Shown here: positions 24,607-36,658 of the stretch, piece by piece | How positions within the stretch are numbered: position 1 is the first letter of the stretch | How the letters are laid out: every line of letters starts with the position of its first letter | Origin: Adineta vaga | Taxonomy: Eukaryota; Animalia; Rotifera | Direction of reading: 5' to 3' | DNA: 64,000 nt | NCBI GenBank assembly: GCA_021613535.1 | Contig: CP075494.1 | Location: forward strand, 9,238,001-9,302,000 | Made by a program: the position numbers and the translations under genes | Notes under the pieces: generated by a model | Database searches by the model: none | Told to the model about the DNA's origin: nothing | The model's input: only the letters and a program-made list of their open reading frames with translations

Positions 24607-25894
24607 TTAAAATTGAAGACCAGCGTAATGTGATGGAAAAGCGGTTGGGTGATGATATACATTCATTGAGGGCATTAACATCGGCGCAAGATTTTCGAAC
24701 GAAGATGATGATGGTGGTGAACAACTATCTGTTGCTAGAGAATTATTTACTGGGGGTGATCGAACACGACGATGATTGTTAGATCGTTTTGCTGTTAATG
24801 CATTAGTTGAATCAGTTGATGATTCATGCATTTTCATATGTTTCCGTAAAGCTAGAGAAAACAAGGAATAGATTTTGTCTTAACACCGTATAATATGAAT
24901 TAGCTTACATGATGGATGAGTATAGGTTTTATCACAGCCCTCCACTCGACATGTGTATGGTTTATCAAATGTATGAACATGTTGATGTTTCTTACGATCA
25001 GAACTATTTGCAAAACTTCGGTCACAATACTGACATGGAAATGGGCGTTCTCTAAAAAAAACAAAAAGGAGATTTCGATAGATATTGAAAGACTAAGTAA
25101 AGAAAACTAACCCTGTATGAGTACGTTTATGTATTTTGAGATTCTCTGATCGTGCAAAAACTTTCCCACAATGATCGTATGGACAAGCGAACGGTTTTTC
25201 ACCGGTATGAACACGTATATGATTAACTAATTTATATTTTGCTTTGAATGCTCGACCTTGTCGAGAACAATCGAGCCACAAACATGTGTGAGTCGATTGT
25301 TCAGATCCACTAACATGTTCAACAGTTAAATGAGTCACTAGAAAACAAAAGACAATGTAAACTAAGAAAAACTTTATAATTTCTCTTCTTGAATTCTTAC
25401 CTATATCTGGCATACAAGAAAATGTTCGATTGCAAATTTGATGAGTATCAGGATCAACCCATTTACATGAATAATGATCGATTTTTTCATTTGATATAGT
25501 TGGTGTTGCATTAAGACTGGGACGATAGGACGGATAGATGTATGGAAAAAATGCTGTTTGATTGGTTGCATCAATATGACGAGAATGATATGGATTAGTT
25601 GTATACTGTTCAGCATCGAACATTGGATATGGTCTAAAGATGAATATACATATGCAATTGTTTCGAAAAAATAAATGAGCAGTAAGAAAAACTTTACATC
25701 ATATCTGGTGTTGGATTTGGATATGTAGGAAAATCTGTAAAACGCTGTTGTTGATCATCGATCGATGATGTTGGTATATTGAAAAGAAAAGATGATGATG
25801 GTGTCGATGTAAATGGTCGATATGTCGCAGATGTATAAGGATTTGTATAAGGATCAGTGGATGGATTAGAGAGATCAAACATTGCTATATGCAC
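24607..25894 (-). CDS. ZIC: Zic/odd-paired C2H2 zinc-finger transcription factor
   Basis: CKW...[79 protein letters not shown]. Confidence 0.95.
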
Positions 25895-27962
25895 AGTCGA
25901 GGTTGTTAAAGATAAACTTAATAATTATCTTCACTGTATGATTGATTGATAAGAAATTAGCAGTTATTAATTCCTATTGAGTTGGAAGGTAAGCAATGCC
26001 TTTCAAGCTCCACAGGTTCTAACTATTGATACGATAGAAATCACTCCAGTAGGTAACCTTCGAAATATTGATACATACACAATAGTAGTAGTAGTAGAAT
26101 TGAAATGAGAGTGTGAAGATTAATATCTATTGAGAAGAAATAGAAAGGAAAGTCACTGATATAGTTGTATGTTCGGATTATATGATGAGATTCCCTGAGG
26201 TGTGAACCGAATGATAGGAGATGAGGAAATGCATGTGTTATATCAAGCCAAGTTTTTTTTTTGTTTTAAAGAATATGAAAGAAAGGAAGAGAGAGAGAGA
26301 AAGAAAAAGCGAAAGAGAGAAACGGCAGGGTGTTGATTGGCAGAAATCATGCTGAGTTGTTCTTTACTTCTTTTTCTTTTCTACCAATCGATATTTCTTT
26401 GAACGAAACTACCAATAAGAGAATGGATGATTACTTTTCTTCCTCATATTATTATTAGTCTTAATTTAAAATCAAATATTTCACATGTTTAGATAGAAAG
26501 ATTCAATCCTTCGATACAAATGCCTGAAAAATAGTTTTCATAATTGACTTTTCGAATGATTATATTAAATTCTTCTCCTAATCGAATGTTCTTCAGCTGT
26601 GTTAACTACCTCATGATCTTCATCACCTCCTGTTGTCCACTTGTCATTGTCATGCTTATGTAAAATGAGTCGTTTGATCATATGACATAACTTACCTTTA
26701 ACAATGATCTCTTGTTATTGTTTGATCGAAATCGATGAGTCGGAAAAGTTAAATATGAAACGATTGCATTTCATTCATTAACAACTTGTGAGTGAGTTCA
26801 TTTTCTTTTCAATCTAATCTGTTCTACTTGGAATATAATTCATAACCAAAATGAACAAATTAGTTACATACGACGCAGATATAATTGAATTGCATTTCAG
26901 AATAATTTTCTTCCTATGATATCATTTAATATGTCTTCTTCTCTCATCCAATTGTTAATTGCATTCATACTTATCAAAAACAACGATTGGAATACGATGT
27001 GAACAAATGTTTTGTCAATAATTTGTATTATTATTTGTAAATTCGAAACAGATTTTATTAATTCAATCAATCATTCTAAAGAATAAATATTATTCATCTG
27101 CTTTTTCGAATCAAACTTTCTAAATAAACATTGCCATCTCCTATTCCACATTGACATATAATTACTCGAATGAGACGATCAGCAGGTTCATATGCTATAA
27201 TATAATGAACAGCAATAGTAGGGGGTGAGCTAACAAAACACTGTCTTTATCTTAAGAAAATAAATATGGATGACAGAAAATAGACAATGTCAAATGATGA
27301 GATTACAAAATCTATCAATCAAAATGCGTTTTTCTTCTAATTTAACTAGTTAGTTCATTTCGTAGACGAGGTGATAAGTCATTTTCACCTTTTTCACATT
27401 GATGTGTGACATTCGAATGTTGAAATATGTGAGGTAAAAACAGCAGGAAGCTTATGTAATCGATTATCATGGTATACTAATATTTTCACATTTGGACACA
27501 AACAAATTGACTTCTTGAACAATGAACGAATGTTATTACACATTGAAAAGAATGAAAGAAGATCTTGTTTAATCCGAGGTAATCATACAAACATAATCGA
27601 TTCATACATATCGATATCTTGTTGATCAGCAGGGAGTCGTAGACTAAATATACCTACATTGCTTCATATGAATGACGAATTTCTTTCTGCTTCATTTATT
27701 AAAAATAAACTTCATTTTATATTTTTTTTAGATTTGTGCCGAGAAAAATGATGCGACATATTCTGCGCTGTTGTTCAATTACTACCGGAAACAAAAAGGA
27801 TAAATGTACTTTCTTTCTTCTCATTCATATATGAAATTTCATTAGACAGGAAATGAACAAAGTATGATGTAAGTATAGAAGAAGGTATTTGAGTTAAGAT
27901 AAGGAGTTTATTTAAAACATATATTAAAGTAAAGCAATTTAAAACTCTTTTTGATTATGTTT

Positions 27963-30900
27963 TTAAGTTTTTCTTCTGCTACTATTTGGTCGTTTGGGAT
28001 AAGTTTCAGGTGAGTTAGGAGGACGTCGCTGCATATCATCATTTGTATGTATTGGTGATCGTGCTGATCGATCTCCTCGTGAACCAGATGGTGATCGTCG
28101 TCGTGATTTCGAAGGATCTGATTGAGAAGTTGGTGATTTAATTGATGATCGTTCACGTTCGTTAGATGTACTTCGACCTGCTCGACTTTGTTGACTGAGT
28201 GATGTCATATGTAATGGACGCACTAAAACACGAACATATATGTATTCAATAATTGAAAATAGATTCTTTTACTGGGTGTCGCTGGATTAGACATTCCTTC
28301 CAGGTAATATTTTAGTTGTTGTAATTCTCCAATCAGACGATGTACAATAGAACCAACTTTTGTTTTACGTTTTTCTGTTTGTTTAAGTAAAGCAGTTAAA
28401 ATTTCGATGTATTCTAAATCTTTTTGTGCAGCTGTATTTTCAATTTGTCGATCTTTATTCCAGCCTATTTTCAGAATTCCTATCAACGACAAAAAAAAAG
28501 AAATCAATTCAAGAAAATATAACAAAATTACCAACCGAGTAGATCAAAATTACTGGCATCGATATTTTTCAAATCCGTACCAGATTGTGCATTAAATCGA
28601 TTGAATAAATTAATTTGTGATTCCAAATAATCAATCGCCTGAAATATAAATCTCCGTATAATGAATTTCTTTCAAAGATTCCTTACTTTTTGAAATCGCT
28701 CATTTTCCGCTTCTAATGTTTCTAATCGACAACCTTTATCATAAATATCTTCTTCAATTTTTAAGACTTCTTCATGTGCTTTTTGCATTCGTTCTTGTGT
28801 TTCACGTTGACATTCTTTTACAGCTAAGATCGCAATATCACGAGATTTATTTTTCTCACGAATTTCCCGTTCAACTTGAGCGATTTTATCGAGTACATCT
28901 TGTTTTTTACGTTTTGTTTCAATCATTAATTCTTTTGCCGATTCATATGCTGCACTTACTTTCTCATGTTCAACTACAAGACGTTCATATTCAGGAGTAT
29001 ATTCAGTAATTTTCTCTCGATTCGTATCGATAGAAACCAATAATTGTGTAGTATCTTCCTATATAATGTTCATAAAGCTTGAAATAAAAGTACTTTTGAA
29101 CTTACTTCAAGAAACTTGATTTCGTGTTCTAAACGTGTTTTCATTTCTCGATATTCTTCCTTTAAGGATGAAACTTTTTCTTCTAATTCTTTCAATAATT
29201 TCTGATCTTCTTCAGCAGTTCGTTCGAGAAATGCTTTCTATTGAAATCAAATTGATTAATTATTTTAAAGAAGCGAGATTCCTTTTCTCGAACACATACT
29301 CGTTCAGTTAGATCTTTTATTTTCGCAGTTGTTTGTGTTACAAATCGATTATGTTTTATATCATTATCTTTAGCTGTTAATTTGGCTTTTTCAATTGTTT
29401 TAAGCAATGCTTCACGTTCTTTTTGTTTTGCGACACTAGGAAAATGAATCGAACTAAGAAATTTATTTTCACTGTTTCTTCTTACCGATTATTTCGAATT
29501 TCTTGAAGTTCTTTTTCTAATGTTTCCATTTGAAGTTTTAATGAATCGATCATCATGTAATGTGCTTGTTTCATTGATTCAAGTTCTTTCGTTGCTTCAG
29601 CATTTTCCATATTCAATTTCGATGTTAGTTCAAGTTTTTCAGCAATCGATTTTTTAATTTCTTCTAATCTACAGAAGATAAAATGGATTAAAAGGTTTAG
29701 ATTTGAAAATGATCAACAAACTCTTTGCCAATTTCTTCAATTGAATTTTCTAAACTTTTCAATAGTGCACTACGTTCTTCGAGTTCTTTGAGAAGATCAT
29801 CATGTTTTTGTTTCAAAGTTTTTAAATTTTCTGCTTCTTTATTTGCTTGTTCATGAGCCTGAATGAATTCAATTGTATCAAACAGACTAATTATAAATAA
29901 AGAAGAAACTTACGGTTTTCGATCGATTTTCAAAATCAAACTTTTTAGCTTGATAATCAAGTAAAGCTATAGCAGCTGCTTCTGTTTGTTCAAGTCTATT
30001 GAGAAAACAGGAATGACAAGAAGTATTCTTTCGAGTTTAAAAACAATTTACTGTTCTCGTAGTAAACGATCGTGTTCATGTTGTTCCATTTCAAATAATT
30101 CTGTTTGTTCCTCAACTTGTTGTCGTAATTCATCACGTTCATTTTCAAATCGTTCACGTTCCTAATAGAATATAGACAATTTTTATTTACTTTTTCTGAT
30201 CGATTGTACTCAACTCTATACATTGTACGTAATTGGATTTCACTTTCGGATAATTTATTTGTAGCAAGATCGACATCTCTAAAACAATCATGTAGAGAAT
30301 ACAACTTATGAAGTAAAGATTTGTGAAGATAAACTTTTTTAGAACTTGATTTGTATGATCTTGTTCCTCAAATTGTTTGGTAGTCGTTGCCTGAAAAAGT
30401 AAATCAATCACTTGATTAGAATGTACGAATAAATGACTTACAATTTCTCCTTCGAGACGAGCTTTCTCTTTTCGAGCATCATTTCGTTCTTGCATAATAC
30501 GTTCTTTTAATGCCATAATATCTTCTTCTAAATCGAATGTCTATAATATTAGAAGAAGAAAAAACAATAAAGATATGTAGCTATTTAAAATTCTATGATA
30601 ACTGACTTGTCTATTTGTTTCTCGAACAGCATCTCTTGTTTCATTTAATCTGATTTGTAATGAAGCTTTTTGAGATACACGTTCATTAACTTCATTAATT
30701 GTCGCATCATATTGATCTTGTAATCTCTTCTTTTCTGCTCTTTAATATTCACCAAAGAATAAATAATAGTTTTATTTATGTTATCTTACTGTAATTCTTG
30801 TATAGCTTTCAGATATTGTTTATCTTGTTCGGTACATCCACGTATTTGTTCAAGATATGTATCAAGTTCTTTTTGTAATTGTTGAATTACACTTAAATTC

Positions 30901-31357
30901 GATACTCTTGCCATTTTTATTGCCTCTAGAATGATAGATCATACCTGAGTAAATAATCATAATTGAGGCTTTTTATTGATTACCTTGAATCTCATTTTTA
31001 ATTGTAATTGGTAATAGTTTCAATCGATGACGAAGTCGACTAGAATCAATCGATTCAGTTTCATAATCACTATATAATTTTAAAATTTCTTTTTCCTATA
31101 AATATTCAAATGAAATGAGTACTATGGAAACCTAATATAGTTTGTCATTTTACCAATGTCATCAAAGTATCAGCAACAGAATCGATATTATTCAAATCAT
31201 TTTCAGTAAATGTATTTGTTTGAAGTGATCCACCTATATCAAAAGATACTCAAACATATGGAAAATGTTCTTAGATAAACTACTTACCAAGTTGTTTTAA
31301 ATGACGAACAGCATTTTTGATGGATGTAGTTATTTCTGAACTATCGATGAAAACCAT
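27963..31357 (-). CDS. Long coiled-coil protein, CCDC175-like, many short exons, Ser/Arg-rich tail
   Basis: Many heptad-rich exons with GT-AG introns. The N-terminal ETESIDSSRLRHRLKLLPITIKNEIQEAIKMARVSNL resembles the CCDC175 N-terminus. Confidence 0.6.
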
Positions 31358-31757
31358 TTTTTTTTGTTGCAGTAATCAAGTCTTTTTTTCTTGCCCGATA
31401 TATATTTTCAATGATCAATTTTTTTGCCATTTACATATTGAAGTCAGAGAGACGTATTGGTTACTGCTCATTTTATATGTTTTGAAAGGACATCTTTCAA
31501 TCAATCGACTGCGAGTTACGTTGAAAATATGTCGCTAAATGTACAATTTAAATTGCAAGTCACTATGATTAAAGTAAACAATTCGTCAAGTTGACTGTCT
31601 ATATTTACATTGTACTACAATAGTAATGGAAATCGAACATTCAAATTCATCTCTTTTCAGCTTAATGTACAAAAAAAAGGGAAGAAGAGGAAAAACAACA
31701 AGGATAGGTATCCAGTCAGAAAACGATATAAATTTATTCTCTACCATATCACAGGTT

Positions 31758-32759
31758 CTACTGCATAACAGTCGGAACTCTGTTCATAGTTCTCATACCT
31801 AAATTCATCGGAAGTACAGCGTCTCGTCGTCGATACAATTGGGAAATTCTCTTGATGTTTTCTCGTATTGTTGGTATTGTTCCCATCGTAACAATTGGAA
31901 AGAGGAGCAATGTATAGTAAGTGGCGTATGTGATACGATTTAAAAACACGGCACCAAAATCAGATGACATGCCACATAGCTGTAGAAAATATATTAACAT
32001 GGCAGGAAACACGAATAATAAATATATAGTTGAAATCATTGACACTTGAACTATCATCTGTAGATATTGTCGCCACTGAATCTGTCTTCGCATCTTATGT
32101 CTTTGCCATAAACTACGTATTAAGAGAAAAATACTAGAAAAAACAATAGTGAATGTAGGAACTATTGCATGGGTTATAACATTACATAAATTAAGCGCAT
32201 TGATGTCGTAACTGCAAGGATAGTTAAATGAGATTTGTATGCTGTCGAAATGATTCTCACACGGAAAACCAAAGAAGATTATTGTCTGATATGTGAAAAT
32301 GTAGATAGTTATAAGAATTGGAGGAAGATAATGAATAAGAATACGTTTCTTTCTCGTGGATACGAGATGGTTATGAAAGATCAGAATATGTCTTTCAATT
32401 GTTAACCAAGCAAACAGTATAACATGATGAAAATAAAATGTCCAATCAATATATAGCCAAATTGTTCGAAGGATTGTATTCCCCATGAAGGAGTCGTAAG
32501 TTCGAAAAAAATGAATTAGTAAAGAGATATCTGTCATTAGACAAAATAGATTGAAGATTAGAAGAACAATTATGACATGGTGATGAAGAGCTTGATGAAG
32601 TTGTTGATCTCGAATGAGATAATATAAAGTGATCAATGAACAGATCAGTGATGGAATAATCAAAACAAGAAAGATCCAAAATTGAATTACAAAAGTTTGT
32701 CGAGTGTCATCATCGAATAAAGAAGAATAATCCGAAGAAGTACTGTTAGAACTTGCCAT
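31758..32759 (-). CDS. Intronless class A (rhodopsin-like) orphan GPCR
   Basis: 333 aa with seven hydrophobic segments and a divergent DRY-equivalent TIERHILIFH. Confidence 0.8.
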   Translation of the reverse strand: MASSNSTSSDYSSLFDDDTRQTFVIQFWIFLVLIIPSLICSLITLYYLIRDQQLHQALHHHVIIVLLIFNLFCLMTDISLLIHFFRTYDSFMGNTILRTIWLYIDWTFYFHHVILFAWLTIERHILIFHNHLVSTRKKRILIHYLPPILITIYIFTYQTIIFFGFPCENHFDSIQISFNYPCSYDINALNLCNVITHAIVPTFTIVFSSIFLLIRSLWQRHKMRRQIQWRQYLQMIVQVSMISTIYLLFVFPAMLIYFLQLCGMSSDFGAVFLNRITYATYYTLLLFPIVTMGTIPTIRENIKRISQLYRRRDAVLPMNLGMRTMNRVPTVMQ

Positions 32760-33916
32760 GTTGAAGTTGAAAGGAATTTATACTGAATAACATTAGACTG
32801 TAAAAATACTTTGAAGAAATAAAGCATTAAAACTTCGGTATATTTGTAGTCATTCATGTATTCCTTGTATATTAGATATCATTAAACTGAAAGTACAGAA
32901 ATTATTAAAGAATACAAAGAAACGTGTGCTGGTTTAAATAGAAGTAATCTTTTCATTCCGAATTATGAATGAAGAATCACGTCATGTCAGATAAAAATAA
33001 TACAATGCAATTAGTGAGGATAATTTTTTATGTTAATGAACGCCTGATAAACCGTGAAATACATCTTTATTTATAGCAATATTATAATCGTATCCATATT
33101 GTCGTGATAGTATTCATCGTGTTTCTCATAATTCAATGATCAAAACAGAATATTTTGTAGAATTTTTATGATGATAGCCAAATATATCTGAATCTTTTTG
33201 TATAAAAACAGAAAACTCGATCATATTATTCCTTCATCTGCAAAAAGATTGAGCGATTTCGCTGGTTTATTTAGATATGGTAGTGCTATAATCGTTTGAT
33301 ATCATGAATAGTCGAATCTATTGTGATAAATATATGTGAACCATAGGTAGATGTGTTCTACTAAACCACTGCGATCGTAATAATTTATTTGGTTTCATCA
33401 ATAGATTGTCAGTCTACGAAACATTATCAAATACGAAGTGTCGCAAAATGTTTGTACACTTTCGATTTGGCATATATCTAAGCATGGCTAATTCATATTA
33501 GTCTCAATTATTTTTTCGGAAAAATGCACTGCGAAAAACTCTGCAAAAACGATAATAACATATTTCTAATTAAATATGTCAATAATTTGCCCATATAGTT
33601 AGAATAAATCCTGCCAAAATTAACTTGATGATTTATGAAACAAATTTTAATAACCTATTAGAAAAGTTCTCATAGACTACAGGAAACTGTAGGTACTTGA
33701 CTATAAAAGATCTCAAATGAAAATATAGTACTCGCTTTTATTATTCCTAATCTTGAGACAAGAAACGATCATTACAACTATTATGATTCTTTTTTTATAA
33801 CGTTATCAAGAAAATTCATATGCACTTCATTGAAGATAAGTCATGTTTTCCAACAATATAATTATCAAAAAATTCGATTAAATGTTAACAATATTATGAT
33901 TTTATAAGATACTCAA

Positions 33917-34015
33917 GCTGTGATGGCCGAGTGGTTAAGGCGTCTGACTTGAATCACGACAGTGTCAAGTTATCAGATGGGTTCTCCCGCGTAGGTTCGA
34001 ATCCTACTCGCAGCG
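33917..34015 (+). tRNA. tRNA-Ser(UGA) with 18-nt intron (33954-33971)
   Basis: Acceptor GCTGTGA/TCGCAGC, A box TGGCCGAGTGG, anticodon stem TCTGA/TCAGA, long variable arm, B box GGTTCGAATCC, discriminator G, downstream T-run. Confidence 0.95.
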
Positions 34016-34104
34016 TTTCTTTTTACAGTTACTTGGTTCCATTAGTCTTACGGAAAATAAGAAAAATGAATATTCACTATCTGTTTTATACACCAAATCA
34101 ATGT

Positions 34105-34206
34105 GCTGCGATGGCCGAGTGGTTAAGGCGTCTGACTAGAATCATGAAAATGACGTATAGTTATCAGATGGGTTCTCCCGCGTAGGTTCGAATCCTACTC
34201 GCAGCG
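34105..34206 (+). tRNA. tRNA-Ser(AGA) with 21-nt intron (34142-34162)
   Basis: Same body as the neighbouring copies; anticodon AGA at 34138-34140; oligo-T terminator. Confidence 0.95.
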
Positions 34207-34305
34207 TCTCTTTTTTTTTCTTTTCTCTTCTTTCCATCATTTTATAATCTTACAGAACCGATAAAATCAACCAATAACAATACTTTATTAGCAGTTAGTA
34301 GTCGT

Positions 34306-34404
34306 GCTGTGATGGCCGAGTGGTTAAGGCGTCTGACTTGAATCACGACAGTGTCAAGCTATCAGATGGGTTCTCCCGCGTAGGTTCGAATCCTACTCGC
34401 AGCG
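34306..34404 (+). tRNA. tRNA-Ser(UGA) with 18-nt intron (34343-34360)
   Basis: Identical to the first copy except for one intron base; oligo-T terminator. Confidence 0.95.
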
Positions 34405-35085
34405 TCCTTTTTTTGCAACATAAATGAATTTTAAAATAGTAATCACGCACATACATTTTTCTTTTTATACTTTACTCGCATTTTTTTTTTCAACACAAAA
34501 GGAGATAATATGCTCGAACAATTTTTAATATCTGACTTTCCATCCACATTTGCTTTTTTTTCGTGTCAAGTACATTTGTTTCTAATTCTATTGTCAGTGT
34601 CGTTCATGTGGATTGAAGCACAGTACTAGTTCTATATTTCCTTTGTGGTCTGGTAATACATATATTAATATAAAGATAGCAAAGAATGATTAATACAATT
34701 CTTGACATATGACTCAATACTCATAACTGAACTTAATATAATTCAATAATTTCATTTTTTTGTTATTATGGTCTCATCAAAGTGGTTGTTTCAGTCATCC
34801 ACATTCTTTTCTTTTTCTTTTTCTTTCATCGTCGTACGATTTTATCGATAAATATTCTGATTCATATGTACTAACAGTCGTTTTTCCTTTATTTTCTACA
34901 AGTAGTATATAATATATTCGAAAAAAAAACTAGCTGTCTTCAAGGTTTTAAAATCACCTTTGACATACATTTTCTTTCTTGAAAAAAAAATACTTCCATA
35001 TTTATATAGATATATGTATATTTAAAACATAAATAACAACAGCAATAAAATCTCTTCCTCTTCTTTTTCTTTGTTTTCTTTTGTA

Positions 35086-36658
35086 TTATGTACATAGCAC
35101 CTCAATAGGTTTTGATTCAAATGATGAATAAGAGTCCACCGGTGAATGATCACTGCGTGAATGTCTTCGATATGTTTCACTTAATTCGACTGTAATATAT
35201 TGAGAACTATCATTTTCTGTTGAAAATTTTCTTTCATGATTTGTATTATACAAAGGCGATAATTCATTGGCAAGACGAGATAATGATGTTGATGTGGCCG
35301 CTCCAATGGTCGTTATCATTGGAGTTAGTTGCGTAAACCGTGAAGCATTCGATGTTCGCATTAAACAATCACTTTTACAATTTGAGGAAAGACGTGCATT
35401 ATTATTTTGATCAAGCATTCGTCGAGTCCTAATACTTTCGTTCGCTCCAAATAGATGTCGTTTCGAATACCGACAACAAAGTAAATCGATAAATGATGAA
35501 CGAAAATTTTTCGACATAAATCCATATAAAATTGGATTTGTACACTAAAATAACAAATGCATATCAACAAACAAACAAACAAAAAAATAATTCGATACAT
35601 ACGGAATTTAAGTAAGCAAAAACATTTGCAAATGTTGTTAAAATATCCATATAAGTTGCAAAATGATGACCAGTATTATTTGAAAGAATAACATTTGAAA
35701 TAAATAATAATTGCATGAAGAACCAACATAATGCATATGTTAAAATAACAGCTAAAATCATTCGTGTTGCACGTCGTTTACTTTTTCCAACAGATTGTCC
35801 ACGAGCGCCACGTAAAAATTTTAACATTAAACCATATAGAATAACAATCAGTGTTAATGGAAGTGCATATAGAAATATGACAAAACCAAGCCAATAGAAA
35901 CTTGCTTCGATTGGTAAAGTTTGAATTTGACTACTCGAATTTGATGTATTGATAGAATCGAAAGTATCATTTGTATTCGTTTGTAAATAACGTAAGAGAC
36001 AATACATAGAACTCGGTGTTCCATATTCAATAACGGTAAACAATGAGCCGATAGGTATGCATGTACTTATTCCTATTAACCAAAGAGCTCTAAAAGAAAA
36101 GGTAATTATTATAAAAAAGAATTTCTATGAAAATCATATAAGAATGTTTACATAATTGAAATCGTTGTATTTTTAGTTGTTCGATAATTTGAAATAGAAT
36201 CTACAGCATGTACCACAGCAAAATAACGATCGATGGACATGAAGACAAGTAAATAGATACTCATAAAAGCTGAGAGATGATTGATAAATTGTGCTATAAA
36301 ATCATTTATCAATGAATAAACAATGAATAGAACAAAAACGTTCATATTTACCTAATTTACAACCAATTTCTAAAAATGGCCAACGACCAAAAAAACTAAA
36401 TAAAGTTGTTGGAATACAAACAATAATAAATAAAACATCCGCAAGTGCTAAATTAAAGATTAATAAATTCGTTGATGTTTGCATGCCTTTATTTAGACCA
36501 ATACCAATCAATACAAGAGAATTACCAATAAGACCAAGCGCAAAAAATGTGCTAAATAAACATATCTTAGCAATACCATATTTTAATTCATCTCCAGATT
36601 CATTATTAGCATTGTTCATTGCAGTCGTATTATCAATAATCTCTTCGATATCCATCAA
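35086..36658 (-). CDS. Allatostatin-A/galanin-receptor-like neuropeptide GPCR, multi-exon
   Basis: GLIGNSLV, TNLLIFNLALADVLF, WPF...CKL, LVFMSIDRYFAVVH, SKRRATRM, AYLNS|..NPILYGFMSKNFRSSF. Confidence 0.85.

Noticed and set aside
25900-27900. Long non-coding stretch upstream of Zic (also 36.7-39.2 kb and 53.4-55.4 kb)
   Set aside because: No ORF, structured RNA or repeat that I can support; plausibly ordinary regulatory DNA.
33931-34185. 84-aa ORF over the tRNA cluster
   Set aside because: Spurious translation through tRNA genes.
33917-34404. Repeat-spacer pattern suggesting a CRISPR array or a Sec/suppressor tRNA
   Set aside because: The repeats fold as tRNA-Ser with Pol III boxes. The anticodon TGA reads UCA (Ser); a UGA-decoding tRNA would need anticodon TCA.
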